Below, one piece after another: positions 13,601 through 25,485 of a stretch of 64,000 nucleotides of DNA (positions are counted from its first letter, which is position 1; each line of letters starts with the position of its first letter). The translations under genes and the position numbers were made by a program. The notes beneath the pieces are model-generated. The model was not told the DNA's origin. It ran no database searches and saw only the letters and a program-made list of their open reading frames with translations. The stretch is from Azolla caroliniana (Eukaryota; Plantae; Polypodiophyta), in contig JBHGNT010000002.1 of NCBI GenBank assembly GCA_043228905.1, positions 6,262,001 to 6,326,000 on the forward strand, given 5' to 3'.

Positions 13601-16600
13601 TTCCTCGAGTGCTAACCGGTCTCTTGCCGGTTGGGTCTGCTCATCGTAGAATCGATCCTTACCGGTCGACTCAGAGTTCATTATCTTCTTCTCCGACTCC
13701 CAGTCGGCGAGCGTCTTGTCCTCCATGAAGATAATATCTCGACTCCGGAATACCTTCTTGTCGACTGGGTCCCACACTCGGTAGCTGAACTCATCGTCAC
13801 CGTAACCGAGGAATATGCATGGCCGGGTCTTTGGATCTAACTTTCCTCTCCGGTCCTTAGCTACATTCACGTACGCGAGACACCCGAACACCTTCAGATG
13901 CCGGTACAACACTTCCTTACCGGTCCACACCTTCTGCAGTGTGTCTCCCTCCAAGGGCACTGAGGGTGATCTGTTTATCACATACGTCGTTGTCGACAGC
14001 GCCTTAGCCCAAAATGTCTTGGGTAATTTTGCATGCGCCAACGTACTCCGGACCCTCTCCATTATGCTCTGGTTCATCCTCTCGGCCAGCCCATTTAGTT
14101 CCGGCATCTTTGGCACGGTAAATTCAAGCCAGATTCCCTTCAAGTAGTAGTACTCCTCGAACTGCCCCCAGTATTCTCCTCTGTTATCTGCTCAAACCGG
14201 CTTCAGCTTCCGACCGGTTTCTCTTTCCACTCTTGCGTGGAGCTCTTTGAAGATGGATAACACCTGATCCTTCGTCTTCAATGGTGTGGCCCACAACTTC
14301 CGAATGTGGTCATCTATGAACGTCATGAAGTACTACGATCCGACATGTGACTTCGTGTCCACTTGACATACATCAGTATGCACCAACTCCAGTGGTGCAT
14401 TACGTCTCATCGGTGGTCTCGATCGGAAGGAGGTCCGGTTTTGTTTACCGGCCAGGCAATCAATGCACTTCTCCAAGTGCACGTTCTTCACTGGAATGAG
14501 GTTTTCTTCTACAAGCCTCTTCATCCCCTTCTCGCTCATGTGACATAGCCTCTTGTGCCACAACTCACCGGCAGTGTCGAATGCCGTTCACTTCCTCCGG
14601 ATATAACCGAGCATTCATCAAGTACAGTGTGTTGACCTGACCTTCTTGGCCCGAGCAACAATTGGGCTCCCTTTGCTGAACTTCATAACACCGTTCCGGA
14701 TGCTATCCGTGTAGCCTTCATCATCTAGCCGACCGACTGATATCAGGTTCGGACGAACCTCAGGAACGTGTCAGACATCCTTCAACAGTAGCTTGCATCT
14801 AGTTGGTGTTGTCAACCACACGTCTCCTATGCCGACAATTCGGCATGTACCTTTATTCCCCATCCGAACACAACCGTGATCACCGGCTGAGTAGGATGAG
14901 AAGCATTTCCGGTCTGGGGTAAGGTGGAACGGCACTCCGGAGTCGACCACCCAGGTCATCTCGTCACCGGCAAGGTTTATCTCACTCTCCTCGGTGATGA
15001 GCATCAACTCTTCTTCACTTGCCGCAATTGCCGTCGTTCCCTTCCGGTCCGTTCCCCTCCGGTCTTTCCCGTTCCGGTCCGGTGTCCGCTTCGAATCGGT
15101 ACCGTCGGTTTCCTTGTCTTTTCGGAAATGCCGACAGTTCTTCTGGAAGTGTCCCGGCTTGCCGCAATAGAAGCAAGTAGGCCTCCCCCTTGACTTTGAC
15201 CGTGTCCCCGACTTCTCCCGGTTTTGGGGACTACGGTTCCTTTGTCTTCCGCGTTCCAATTCGGTAAGGAGCGCTTTGGAGTCGAAGCTCGTATCCTTAT
15301 CTTTCCGACGCGCCTCCTCATCTAGCAAGATCGACTTCACTCTTGCTAGGGATAACCGTTTCCCTTTCGGCTCGGCATTGCCCAAAGTGACAACCAACGT
15401 CTCCCAGCTATCTAGGAGGGAACCAAGCAGGAGTAGCGCTAGTACCTCATCGGCGAGAGGTACTTCCAATAATGTTGCCTGGTGGATCAGCCCCTGGAAG
15501 GCATTCATGTGCTCCGCCATGCTGGAGCCATCTTGGTACCGGAGTCGTACTAGCTTCTGAAATACCGAAACCTGATTAACAACATTTTTGTTTTGAAACA
15601 TAATGCTGATCTTCTCCCAGACCTCATAAGCCTTGCTCTCTTCATTGAAGTTGTTGTATAGACTCATGTCGATGAAGCACCGTATGTACGCTGTTGTCTT
15701 CATGTGCATCACCTCCCATATCGTGGCGTCGATTTTGTCCGGTCTCTTGTCCCCGAACTAAACTGGATACCAAAGATCTTTAACCACGAGCATGTCCCTC
15801 ATCTTCAACTTCCACACCGAATAGTTGGAGCCGGTGAGCTTGAACATACCTCCCAACGAATCGTCCATTTTCTGTGTCGTTTTGCTCTGATACCACTTTG
15901 ACAGGAACACACACTCCCTAAGCACAACGCTCGGCCACAACCGAGGCTAGGATCAAACACAGAAAATTGGATAATGAACGCACGACACAGGGAAGAGAAG
16001 AGTACACAGGATGTTTACGTGGAAAACCCAAACTAGGGAAAAACCACGGTAGCCCATAGGCTGCAAACTATCACTATGTTACAATGTACAACAGTGAAGC
16101 ACCGAGGCAACAACCTCGAGCTTTCTATCTTTGCCACAAGCGGCGGTTACAACAGAGGCAACGACCTCTTCCTCTCTCTCTCTCTCTCTGTACACAGTTA
16201 CGCGCTCTAATCTTGCACTAACAAGAATAGCAACAACAACCATCTAAGTTTGCCCTAAGTCATATTTATACTAATATGACTTTTCGGCTATTTGCAAATA
16301 TAGCCCGAAAGGCCTCTAAGGAAACATATTTACGAATATGTCCCTTCATCTGGTGAGTACTTCTCACCGGGCCTTCACCATCCGGCTCTTTCCGGGTACT
16401 CCTCATCCGGTTCTCACCGGGTCTTCCGTAGTTGGGTACTCCTCTTCCGGTTGTCACCGGGTCTTCCGTAGCCGGGTACTCCTCTTCCGGTTCTCACCGG
16501 GTCTTCCCATCCGGAGGGGCCTGTTTCCTAACAGTACTTGGGCTGAGAAGACTCTACTAACATGCTTGGAAGAAATGGAACCCACACTAGGTTGTACATA

Positions 16601-17832
16601 TCTAGGGTTGTCCAACCAAATGGCTCTTATTTTGGCCGGACTTATTCGTTTGACTCCTCTTCTAATTGGCTTAAGACTTCAAAATTATTGGACAAGGGTG
16701 GATTATTCATAATATTAGATTCACTAACTACTTCTAAAATGTTGGACTCATTTTTATTGTCATAGAGAATTTGATTTACCTGACATCTCAGCCTACAAGA
16801 GCAATGAATGGCTATATGTCCTGAACCTCCGCAATATAAGCACAAACGGTTTGTTTGGGGTCGTTGCTTCTCTTCATCCGACAACGGTCCTCGTCGTTGA
16901 GTGATATTGATCTTCATGGGTGTAGGACTATCCATTGGGACTGGACTACGTGTTTGCCTTGGAGTTGGTGCAGGGCTATATGTTTGCCTTGGGGATGATT
17001 ACGCCGTTACTGATGCATAAGTTGGTGTGAATCTTGATCTTGTTATTTGTTGTTGTCACTCACATCGACGCTGGAAAAGGCGAATATCACACCGTATTGC
17101 TCGACTAATAGCTTCTGTAAGTGACCTTGGATCCTCGAGGAAGGTAAGAAGTAAGTCTTTGACATCACTACGAAGGCCTAAATGGAATTGCTCCATTAGG
17201 GCTTGTTCATCCGAAGGAATATTGATTGCGATGAGATGGAAATTGGTTACATATGTCGAAGCTGGCTGATCACCTTGACGTAGTGTATGAATCTTGTTGA
17301 TAGCTATTCTCACCCTATCAGTATCTCCGAAGCAAGCCTTAAATTCTTTGATAAATTGTACCTCAAAATTATTCAATAGAGGAGAATTTGTCTCTAGCAA
17401 TAGAGCAAACCATGACAACGCTATGCTAGTCAATAAGGTGCCCACTAACCTGACTCGTGATGAATCTGTTGGATAAAGTGTGGGATGCATTTGAATCACC
17501 AACCGTACTTGATTCAAGAAACCTCGGAAATGCGCCCTCGAACGATCAAATTTAGTTGGGTGTCTGATTTTGGGCTCCTTGATAAATCCTTGACCTTCGA
17601 CCCTTTGTTGTTGTAACACTACGATTGTCGACTCTAACTATTGAACCCGTCGCGTGAACTCCTCTTTTTGTTGTTGCTTCTCTATAGTAACCTTCTGTAG
17701 ATCCCCAAGTAGACGTTGATTCTCTACTTCAAGAGATGCGAACTTGGATTTAAGATTCTCCATTTTTGCAACAAGGGTGAGATATTCTTCTGAGTTAATG
17801 GCGGCCATGGTTTCGTGATGGTTATAGAGGAG

Positions 17833-17907
<75 letters not shown>

Positions 17908-18318
17908 ATTCAAGTCAAATTGTCAGAACCAAACATAAAAGATAGAGTGATGGAAGAAGGATATAAGGGAACACGAGAAGAGAGAAACGAAATGCTAAGA
18001 GAAGAATGAGTGTACTAAGTTAGAGAAGAAAGAGGATGGATACAAGATATGTAATGAGAGCTAAAGATTGGTGTTGATTTGAATTGATTTGAGAATACAT
18101 GTATGCCCTTATTTATAGGTTCCTATAGAATAGCTTAGAGATTTCTATAATGTTCTAGAATGTTCTAGAGTTTTTACAATAATCAATGTAATACAAAAAG
18201 TAGCTTTTATCCTCTCATATGACAATAAGCTATCTTAATGGTTGAGGTTTTCAATTATGGATTACAAGGTTCCAGGTTCAAGTCCGGGTGACGCCATAAT
18301 GGTCATGTGTTCATGACA
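7609..18318 (-). mobile_element. Ty3/gypsy chromovirus (Tcn1/Tf1-like), decayed, inserted in copia A gag; LTRs 7609-8037 and 17921-18318
   Basis: TSD GTGAC at 7604-7608 and 18319-18323; TG...CA LTRs. PEG10-like gag, CLYCGGSGHIAIHC knuckle, protease LLDTGANS, RT YLDD, RNase H, integrase (GHFG, HPQTDGQTE). The chromodomain start EYEVVAIL is truncated at the LTR. Confidence 0.92.
11316..16533 (-). mobile_element. Ty1/copia element B, full length but frameshifted, nested in the chromovirus; LTRs 11316-11837 and 15899-16533
   Basis: TSD GTACT at 11311-11315 and 16534-16538. PBS TGGTATCAGAGC at 15884-15895, PPT at 11838-11850. Gag-PR-IN-RT-RH fragments are in ORFs 14771-15712, 13004-14143 and 11848-12873. 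Confidence 0.95.
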
Positions 18319-19100
18319 GTGACCTTTGACCCTGCACACCCTACCACATCAATCCCTCCAAATGTTGATCTACTTCGACCCTAGCAGAAAAGGATCGTTG
18401 ATGTGTTGTGTACCATAGTCACTGGTGTATGTGACTCTGTACAAACATTAATGCAACATACAACTAGGGCACATGAAGCTTGGAGCATATTGGCCAGCCA
18501 GTATGAGACTAGAAACTATACAAGGATACAAAACCTCAAAAATCATGTTGTTGCAGAGAAGCTCGTTGATGGAGAAAAAGTAGAATTCTTTGTAAAAAGG
18601 ATTAAGGATCTTCAAGATCAGCTGGCGATTGTTGGAGTAGTCGTCTCTCTAGAGGATATGGCTCGTCGGTGCATTCAAGTACTTCCTTCCAAGTATGATG
18701 GCATTGTGACAGCATTGAACACTCATGTTCGACCCACTCCTTTAAAATTTGATGAACTAAGTGAAATGCTGCTTGAAGAGGAGCTTTGGCTGAAGACAAG
18801 AGAAGGAAGGGAAGATTCAACATTTGTCGCTAGGACTAAGGGTAAAGGGGCATCCAATTCAAACAATGCAAATAGGATACCAAAGAAGAAGAAGTTTAAT
18901 GGATCGTGTTTCTACTATGACAAGAAGGGTCACACAATCAAGGATTGTCGGAAGACGATGACGACTGAGAAGAATGGTTCTAGTAAGACTTCTTGGAGAG
19001 AGCCTGAGTCCACCAACAATGTCATAGATGAGCTTGAGTTATGGGCCGCAACTAAAGAAATGTGTTCATCAGTTGACAGTCAAGTTTTCGATGACTCTTG

Positions 19101-19248
19101 TGTTGGGAAATCGGTCCCTCTGGATGGGATCTGGTTATGAATAAAGAGGGTCCGGTGAGAACCGGATTGAATAGGCCCGATGAGAACCGGAAGAGATCCG
19201 AAAACCGGATCGGATGCACCCGGTGAGAACCGGAAGAGAAGACATATT
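19101..19248 (+). mobile_element. Truncated LTR (U3 part) of the B/D/E-related copia family
   Basis: Begins TGTTGGGAAATCGGTCCCTC, like the element E LTR start, and has CCGG-rich subrepeats. It interrupts copia A at the gag/protease boundary. Confidence 0.65.
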
Positions 19249-22200
19249 TGTACTCATTGTAGCCATAATGGTTTACGGGGTTCTTCTCTTGGGTGGACCG
19301 GCGTAGCTTTTCGTTCGCATATTCTAAAGCTCTCTTCACGCCGTCTGTCCGGATGTCAAGGCCTTCGAACTCACTATCAAGGGAGTGAGTCGATTCGAAT
19401 TCGAACTGGTCTGCGTATTCCCACATTTTCGCCTTCCCTTTGTCCAGCTTTGGACTCGGCCGAGATCTACTTTGATTTCTCGGCGGCTCTGACGGCCCAC
19501 TTAGTCGTGTCGTAATTGGGCTTTTTTCGAACATGCGCGTAACTTGATCTTCGGCTTCTGCCTCTATTTCGGCGTATATCGAAGTCAGAGTCAAAGTTGT
19601 CTCTAGTGTGTACCAGGATGCGGACTCATCGAAAACGACATCTCGAGTGGTTCGAACTTTTTAGGTAGATGGATTGTAGCATTTGTACCCCTTCTGTTCG
19701 AGTGAGTACCCCACGAGGATACATTTCTCTGACATCGAGTCAAGCTTTTGTCGCATATCGTCAGGAATATGTACGTAAACGATTGCGCCGAAAATGCGGA
19801 CATGTGATAAGTCCGGCTTGTTTCCAAAGAACTTCTCATGAGGAGTTACATCGTGTACTCCCGAGGTTGTGCACCTATTCATGAGGTATATGCCCGTGTT
19901 TGCCGCTTCTGCCCAGTACGATTTTGGCAAATTCTTCTCATGCATCATAGCCCGAGTGACTTCTACTATGTGCCGGTTTTTACGCTAAGCTACGTCGTTC
20001 TGCTGAGGTGTGTGACGGCATGAAAATTCTCTTTAGATTCCTTCCTTTTGGAGATACGCCGTAAACTCATCCAAAAAATATTCTTTGCCTCCATCTGATC
20101 AAAGGCAGCGTACGTGACGACCCGTAGTTTTTTCGACTTTGGCTTTGAATCTCTGGAAGTATCCGAACACTTCGCTCTTTTGTTTCATTGAGTAGATCCA
20201 GGTGTTCCTGGAGAAATCGTCGATGAACGTGACATAATATCGACATCCGCCGATTGTGCTTGTTTGGGCCGGTCCCCATACATCTGGATGTACGACATCC
20301 AGGATCCCTTTGCTCACATTCCGTTCTTTCGGGAATGGATGTCGGCATTGCTTTCCGAACTGGCACGCTTCGCATACGCTCATAATCTCTTGCGCGATAA
20401 AGTTCAGGAGTTTGAGTACAATTCCTCTCGATTGCATGTTCTGAAGTTTTTGGAGATTGATGTGACCGATTCTCTTGTGCCACAAGTTTAGGTTGGTTTC
20501 GACTTTGAGACCCTTTGCAAACATGGCCGATTTTACCTCCTTCAATTCGAGGACAAACATACGGCCTTCACGACGTCCGTGAGCTATGACTCGATCGCCT
20601 CTTTTGATAAAGTACCCATCATTGTTGATTCGTACTTGCATTCCTTGTTCGATAATCTGGCTGGCCGAGATCAAGTTTTTCGTGATTGTAGGAACATGCA
20701 GTACGTTCTTGAGGTAGGTTTGTTTGCCGTCGTTTCCGAATGGGACATTCCCGATATGTTGTATTGGATGGGTCGTGTCATTTCCTATCTCGACATATCC
20801 GGGACGTTCAGGTTTTCATAATTCCCGAAACCAATCTTCATGAGACATCATGTGGTTGGATGCTCCTGAGTCAACAAACCATACATTCTCTGAGGGCATG
20901 GTGCTTGTTTCACCTTAAGTCACCATTGAGTGCGCTTTGTGCCTCATCATGAACATTCCGCTACGATCGTCGTAGTCAAAATTCGATGCGGAATTCGTGA
21001 ACATTCCGCTACAATTGTCGTAGTCGGAATTCGATGCGTAATTCGTGAACATTCGACCGGTCAAAGCAGAGTCTCGCTTCTTCTTTCGGCACTCCTCTTC
21101 GTAGTGTTCGAGTTTTCTGCAGTATACGCATTCGATTGGGTTATTGCAATTGCTTGGACCAACGTGATGACTCCCCCTTCTGTCGAACTCTCTAGAGTTG
21201 TTCCTGTGTGCTTGCCATTGGTGGGAGTTACACTCTTGGATTTGCCGACCATGACGGCCTTGTCCGAATCGACCTCTATTTCCACAGCCGAAATTTCTTC
21301 TATCATCCGACTGGGAGTAGACCATCTAACCCTCTTGTGTGTTGCTCCTTTGTCGGGCGTGACTTTCCTCGACCAGCAATATTGACTAGAGATGGAAAAA
21401 GGTGGGAGGATTTTCTCTTGCGAGGACGGTGGACCTTATTGCGCGGAATTGTGGTGCCAAGCCTCTGAGGCATATCTGCACCATTTCTTCATCATCAATG
21501 CCAACATTGATCGACCCGAGGGCATCACACAACTCCTTGATCTTCAAGGCGTAGTTGCCGATTAACATTTCCCTTTGTTGAATGTCATTCTACTCCTGAC
21601 GAAGCTGGAGTTTGCGGGCAGCCGTATTGGCCGCGAAGATCTTCTTGAGATTTCCCCATGCTTCTTTCGCCATTTTCGCCTCTCGAATATAGCCAAGCAT
21701 GTGATCATGTACGCATGATGCAAGGCAATACAACACACGGCTTGCAGCCTGCTCCCACGCTAGGTAGTCGGCATGTGTCGGGTTGGGTTGCGTTTCGTGA
21801 GCTCCTGCAATATAGCTCCAATCTCCTTGTCCGACAAGGTACTGAAGCATCTTGTACTCCCAAGATGCGAAATTTGTCCTGTCGAGCTTCTCTGTAGGAA
21901 GAGCGCTTCCCATCTGAGTATTCATGGTGATTTCTTCTCTGTTAATAAGCCGGTTTTGTTGATCGTCGGCGTGTACCATAATACAGTCGAATAGATTTGA
22001 TTAAGCAACCACGCGCTTTGATACTATGTAAAGAAATGGAGCTGGTGGTGTAATGCAGCGGAAGATAATTGAGTGAGTGTGTGTGTGTGTGTGTGTACAT
22101 CAAAACAGAGAGAGAGAGAGAGCTCTTAACAAGAAAATTGTATATTACTTCCAATAGTAATAAGGTTACAAAGGGTTGGTTTAAATACCAACTAAACTAG

Positions 22201-22296
22201 GGCAAGGGCCCTTCTACTATTTACAAAACTAGCATGATATGTCCATGAGCTAGTGTGAAACCTATTTCTATGGCAAGTTGAGTTCGACTCTCAACA
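19249..22296 (-). mobile_element. Ty1/copia element F, 5' half only (5' LTR 22027-22296, gag, protease, integrase)
   Basis: Degenerate PBS TAGTATCAAAGC next to a TG...CA LTR. Gag MGSALPTEKLDRTNFASW, GAG-pre-integrase WHKRIGH, integrase DVWGP / YYVTFIDD. No RT, 3' LTR or TSD. Confidence 0.8.
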
Positions 22297-24070
22297 GCAA
22301 GCACCAAGATCTCAGAACATGAGGATAGACAGCTTCTTATGATCAATCGACTTTAAGCAATGTGCTTCGGATGCAAGTATGTATGTCAAAATGAAGGATA
22401 GGAAACAAGTCATCATCATCATTTATGTGGATGATTTAGGTCTTACTGGAGACCATGAAGAGTGTATTGGCCAAACACATGAGTTTGAAATGACAGACTT
22501 GGGGGTTCTACACTACTTCCTTGGAATTGTGGTTTGGCAAACCTCGGTTGGCATCTTCATGTCACAAAGAACGTATGCAACAGAGATCTTGAAGACCTTT
22601 GCGATAATGGACAACAAGTCGAAGTCAACTCCAATGGAGTCAAACTACACGCTATCCCAAGCAGACCTATCACCAATGGTTGACATAAGGAAGTAGAGAC
22701 AACTAGTAGGAAGTCTAATTTTCCTATGCAAAACTAGGCCGGATATTTGTTCTGTAGTCGATGTGGTGAGTCGATTCAACAACAAGCCGAAGGAGACTCA
22801 TTGGAAATCTGCACTATGTGTATTAAAGTACATTGTGGGCACTGTAAATTACAGACTCTTCTACAAGCCAACAATTGATGAACTTAGTGGGTATTGCAAC
22901 TCTGGTTGGGCTGGAGATAGTGATTCCAAAAAATCAATTTATGGATATTGTTTTTCAATAGGCTCTGGAGTTATTTCATGGAGTAGTATAAAACAACCAA
23001 CTTTGGCACTATCTTCAATAGAGGTGGAATACAAGGCGGCATGCGAGGTAGTTTGGCTAAGAAGAATCCTTATGGATGTGGTGGTTCCAATAACGATGAC
23101 AACGGTATTGAGGTGTGACAATCAGAGTTGCATGGCCATTGCCAAGAACCTCGTATTTCATGCACATACTAAACACATAGAGATTCAGTATCACTATGTG
23201 TGGGAGCTAATAAATGATGAGATTGTGGAGCTCAAGTACTGTTCGACATCAGAAAATGTTGTAGATATCTTCACAAAGGCGCTTGGAGTAGAATAGTTAT
23301 AACAACACCTTTGACGACTAGGAGTTGGCCGAATTCCAAGTGAACTCAATGGGTTGACCATTGAGGGGGCGTGTTAGATATAATCAATGATCAGCCCCAA
23401 GTTGTAAATCTATCCCCATATGTGCTCTTGGAGTGCACATTTTATGATAGTGCCCCAAATGAGGAGCATCTAGTGTGCAACTCGACCATATCGGTCGATA
23501 AGGTGTCAATCTAGGAAACCGCAGATGCATAGCACACAATGTATTTAGGATAGAGCAAAGTAGGCTAATAGAATTGGCTAATCAAGTCGACTAGAATATT
23601 TTGTGGGCAAGTTACGATGTACTTAGTCTTGAAGTATGTGTTATTAACTTCAAGATAAGTACTATCTAGCACTAGCCTGTATCTAGGGAGTTGGGTTGAA
23701 TATTAAATCACAAGTCAGTTGATTGAAAAGGAATATCTCCACTACTATCAACTGACTTGCACATTTAATGTTATACTCAGACCAAACATAGAATATAATC
23801 CACTTTCTTACACAGTGGTTGGATTGATCATCAGTCCCCACTAATTTTGTAGTGAGTTGGTCCAGATCCCATCTACGCTCTAAGGTGTGAGTGATGGGTG
23901 AACTACCATTGTGAGCTACTCTCATATGTAATAGAAGTTTTGTTTTCATATATCCATCATAGTGGTTGTAACTCTATATACCTATCTAATCAATTCTCAA
24001 TATTTCTAACATTTTGCTCACACCAAACGCCCATAGGAGATAAAAAATGATACTACCAGCCACTACCGGT

Positions 24071-24303
24071 TGTCATGTGTGCAAATGAGGAGTAGAGATC
24101 AAGAAGACTAAAATAACAAAAGACAAAAAAACTAAGGTACAGAGACAAAAGATTTTAACGTGGAAAACCCAAAAAGGGTAAAAACCACGGGAGTCCACAA
24201 ACTCCAAGAAAACACTATATGAGAAAGGTATACAACAAGAAGCTACCGGACCTTGAGTTCTTCTTTGTCAAACCGACAGATATGGAGAATTTACACACAC
24301 ACA

Positions 24304-24342
<39 letters not shown>

Positions 24343-25485
24343 GTTAAAGAGGCCACAACCAACTATAACTTTTCACAATAACACTTACACACAAAATGAT
24401 TTGCCCTAGTTGTATTTATACTAATACAACTTTAGGGCTATTTACAAATCTGGCCTAGACATAATAATTGAATAATGGCAAGACTTCATCCATATGTGTT
24501 TTTGCCATGAGTGTCAGCCCTCATTGTTATAAATTTGGATACAATTTATGTAGTTTAGACAAATGTATAGTCTTTACAGTAATTACAAATATGTCCCTTT
24601 TCGGATCCTTGTCTGGATCCGATCTCGCTTCTTCATCAAATCCAACTAATCCGGCTCCTCCTTTCCATCCGGAGGGACCTGTTTCCCAACAAATTCCCCC
24701 TTCACTCCGGCATGGGATGCTTTGCCAATCCGACCTGTCTTTGGCACATGTCCAACTTCTTTGCCGACAACACCTTTGTCAGCATGTCCGATATGTTTTT
24801 TGCTGTGTGAATCTTCACTAGAGAAAACTCATTTTCTTCTAGCCTTTCCCAGAGCCAATGGTATCTCCTCGGTATGTGCTTGGTCCTCGAGTGGTAGGCA
24901 ACATTCTTCGCAAGGTGGATGGCACTTTGGTTGTCACAGTAGAGTCGGAATTCTGCTTGCCGAATTCCCAGCTCTCCAATTATTTCCTTACCGACTTCCG
25001 TTGCAGCCATATACTCCGCTTCCGTGGTTGATAACAACATGGCCTTTTGTAGCCTCAACGACCATGAGACGACTCCCCGTTCATAAGTCATAACATATCC
25101 GGACGTGGACCAACTAGTATCCACATCAGGCGACATGTTTGAATCAATAAAGACTTCTAATAAGGGGTTACTTGAGCTGAATCGGAGGTACACGCTTGAG
25201 GTGCCTCTTAGGTACCAGAGTATCCACTTGACTACAACCCAATGCCGTCTGCCCGGATTGCTCATGAATCGGGTGACGAGACCGATCGCGTATCCAATGT
25301 CCGGCCTAGTGCATACTATCGCGTACATCAAGCTTCCGACAATTGAGGCATAGGGGAGCTTCATCATCTCAGCCTTCTCCGTCTTTATCTACGGACATTG
25401 TCTCCTGGATAGCTTATTGTTGGTTGGCAATGTTGAGTCGACCAGCTTCGCACATTCCATGCTAAACCTCTAGAGCAACTTATCT
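24071..25485 (-). mobile_element. Ty1/copia element C, 3' fragment (RT end, RNase H, PPT, 3' LTR ~24071-24691)
   Basis: ORF 24702-25367 has PYASIVGSLMY and RTKHI. PPT AATTCCCCCTTCA is adjacent to ...CCAACA. The left LTR boundary is approximate. Confidence 0.85.
24458..24585 (+). other. 128-bp SDR intron-derived insert inside the copia C LTR
   Basis: Aligns ungapped to SDR1 intron 4845-4972 (GACATAATAATTG...AAATGTATAGTCTTTA). Confidence 0.88.

Larger units (their letters stand above)
6641..24011 (+). mobile_element. Ty1/copia element A (outer host, internally deleted, carrying nested insertions); LTRs 6641-7256 and 23372-24011
   Basis: TSD TTTTG at 6636-6640 and 24012-24016. tRNA-Met PBS TGGTATTAGAG at 7257, PPT GAGGGGGCG before 23372. 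Gag at 7423-7608 resumes at 18319-19100; RT/RNase H at 22297-23330. The 5' LTR begins TC instead of TG. Confidence 0.9.
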
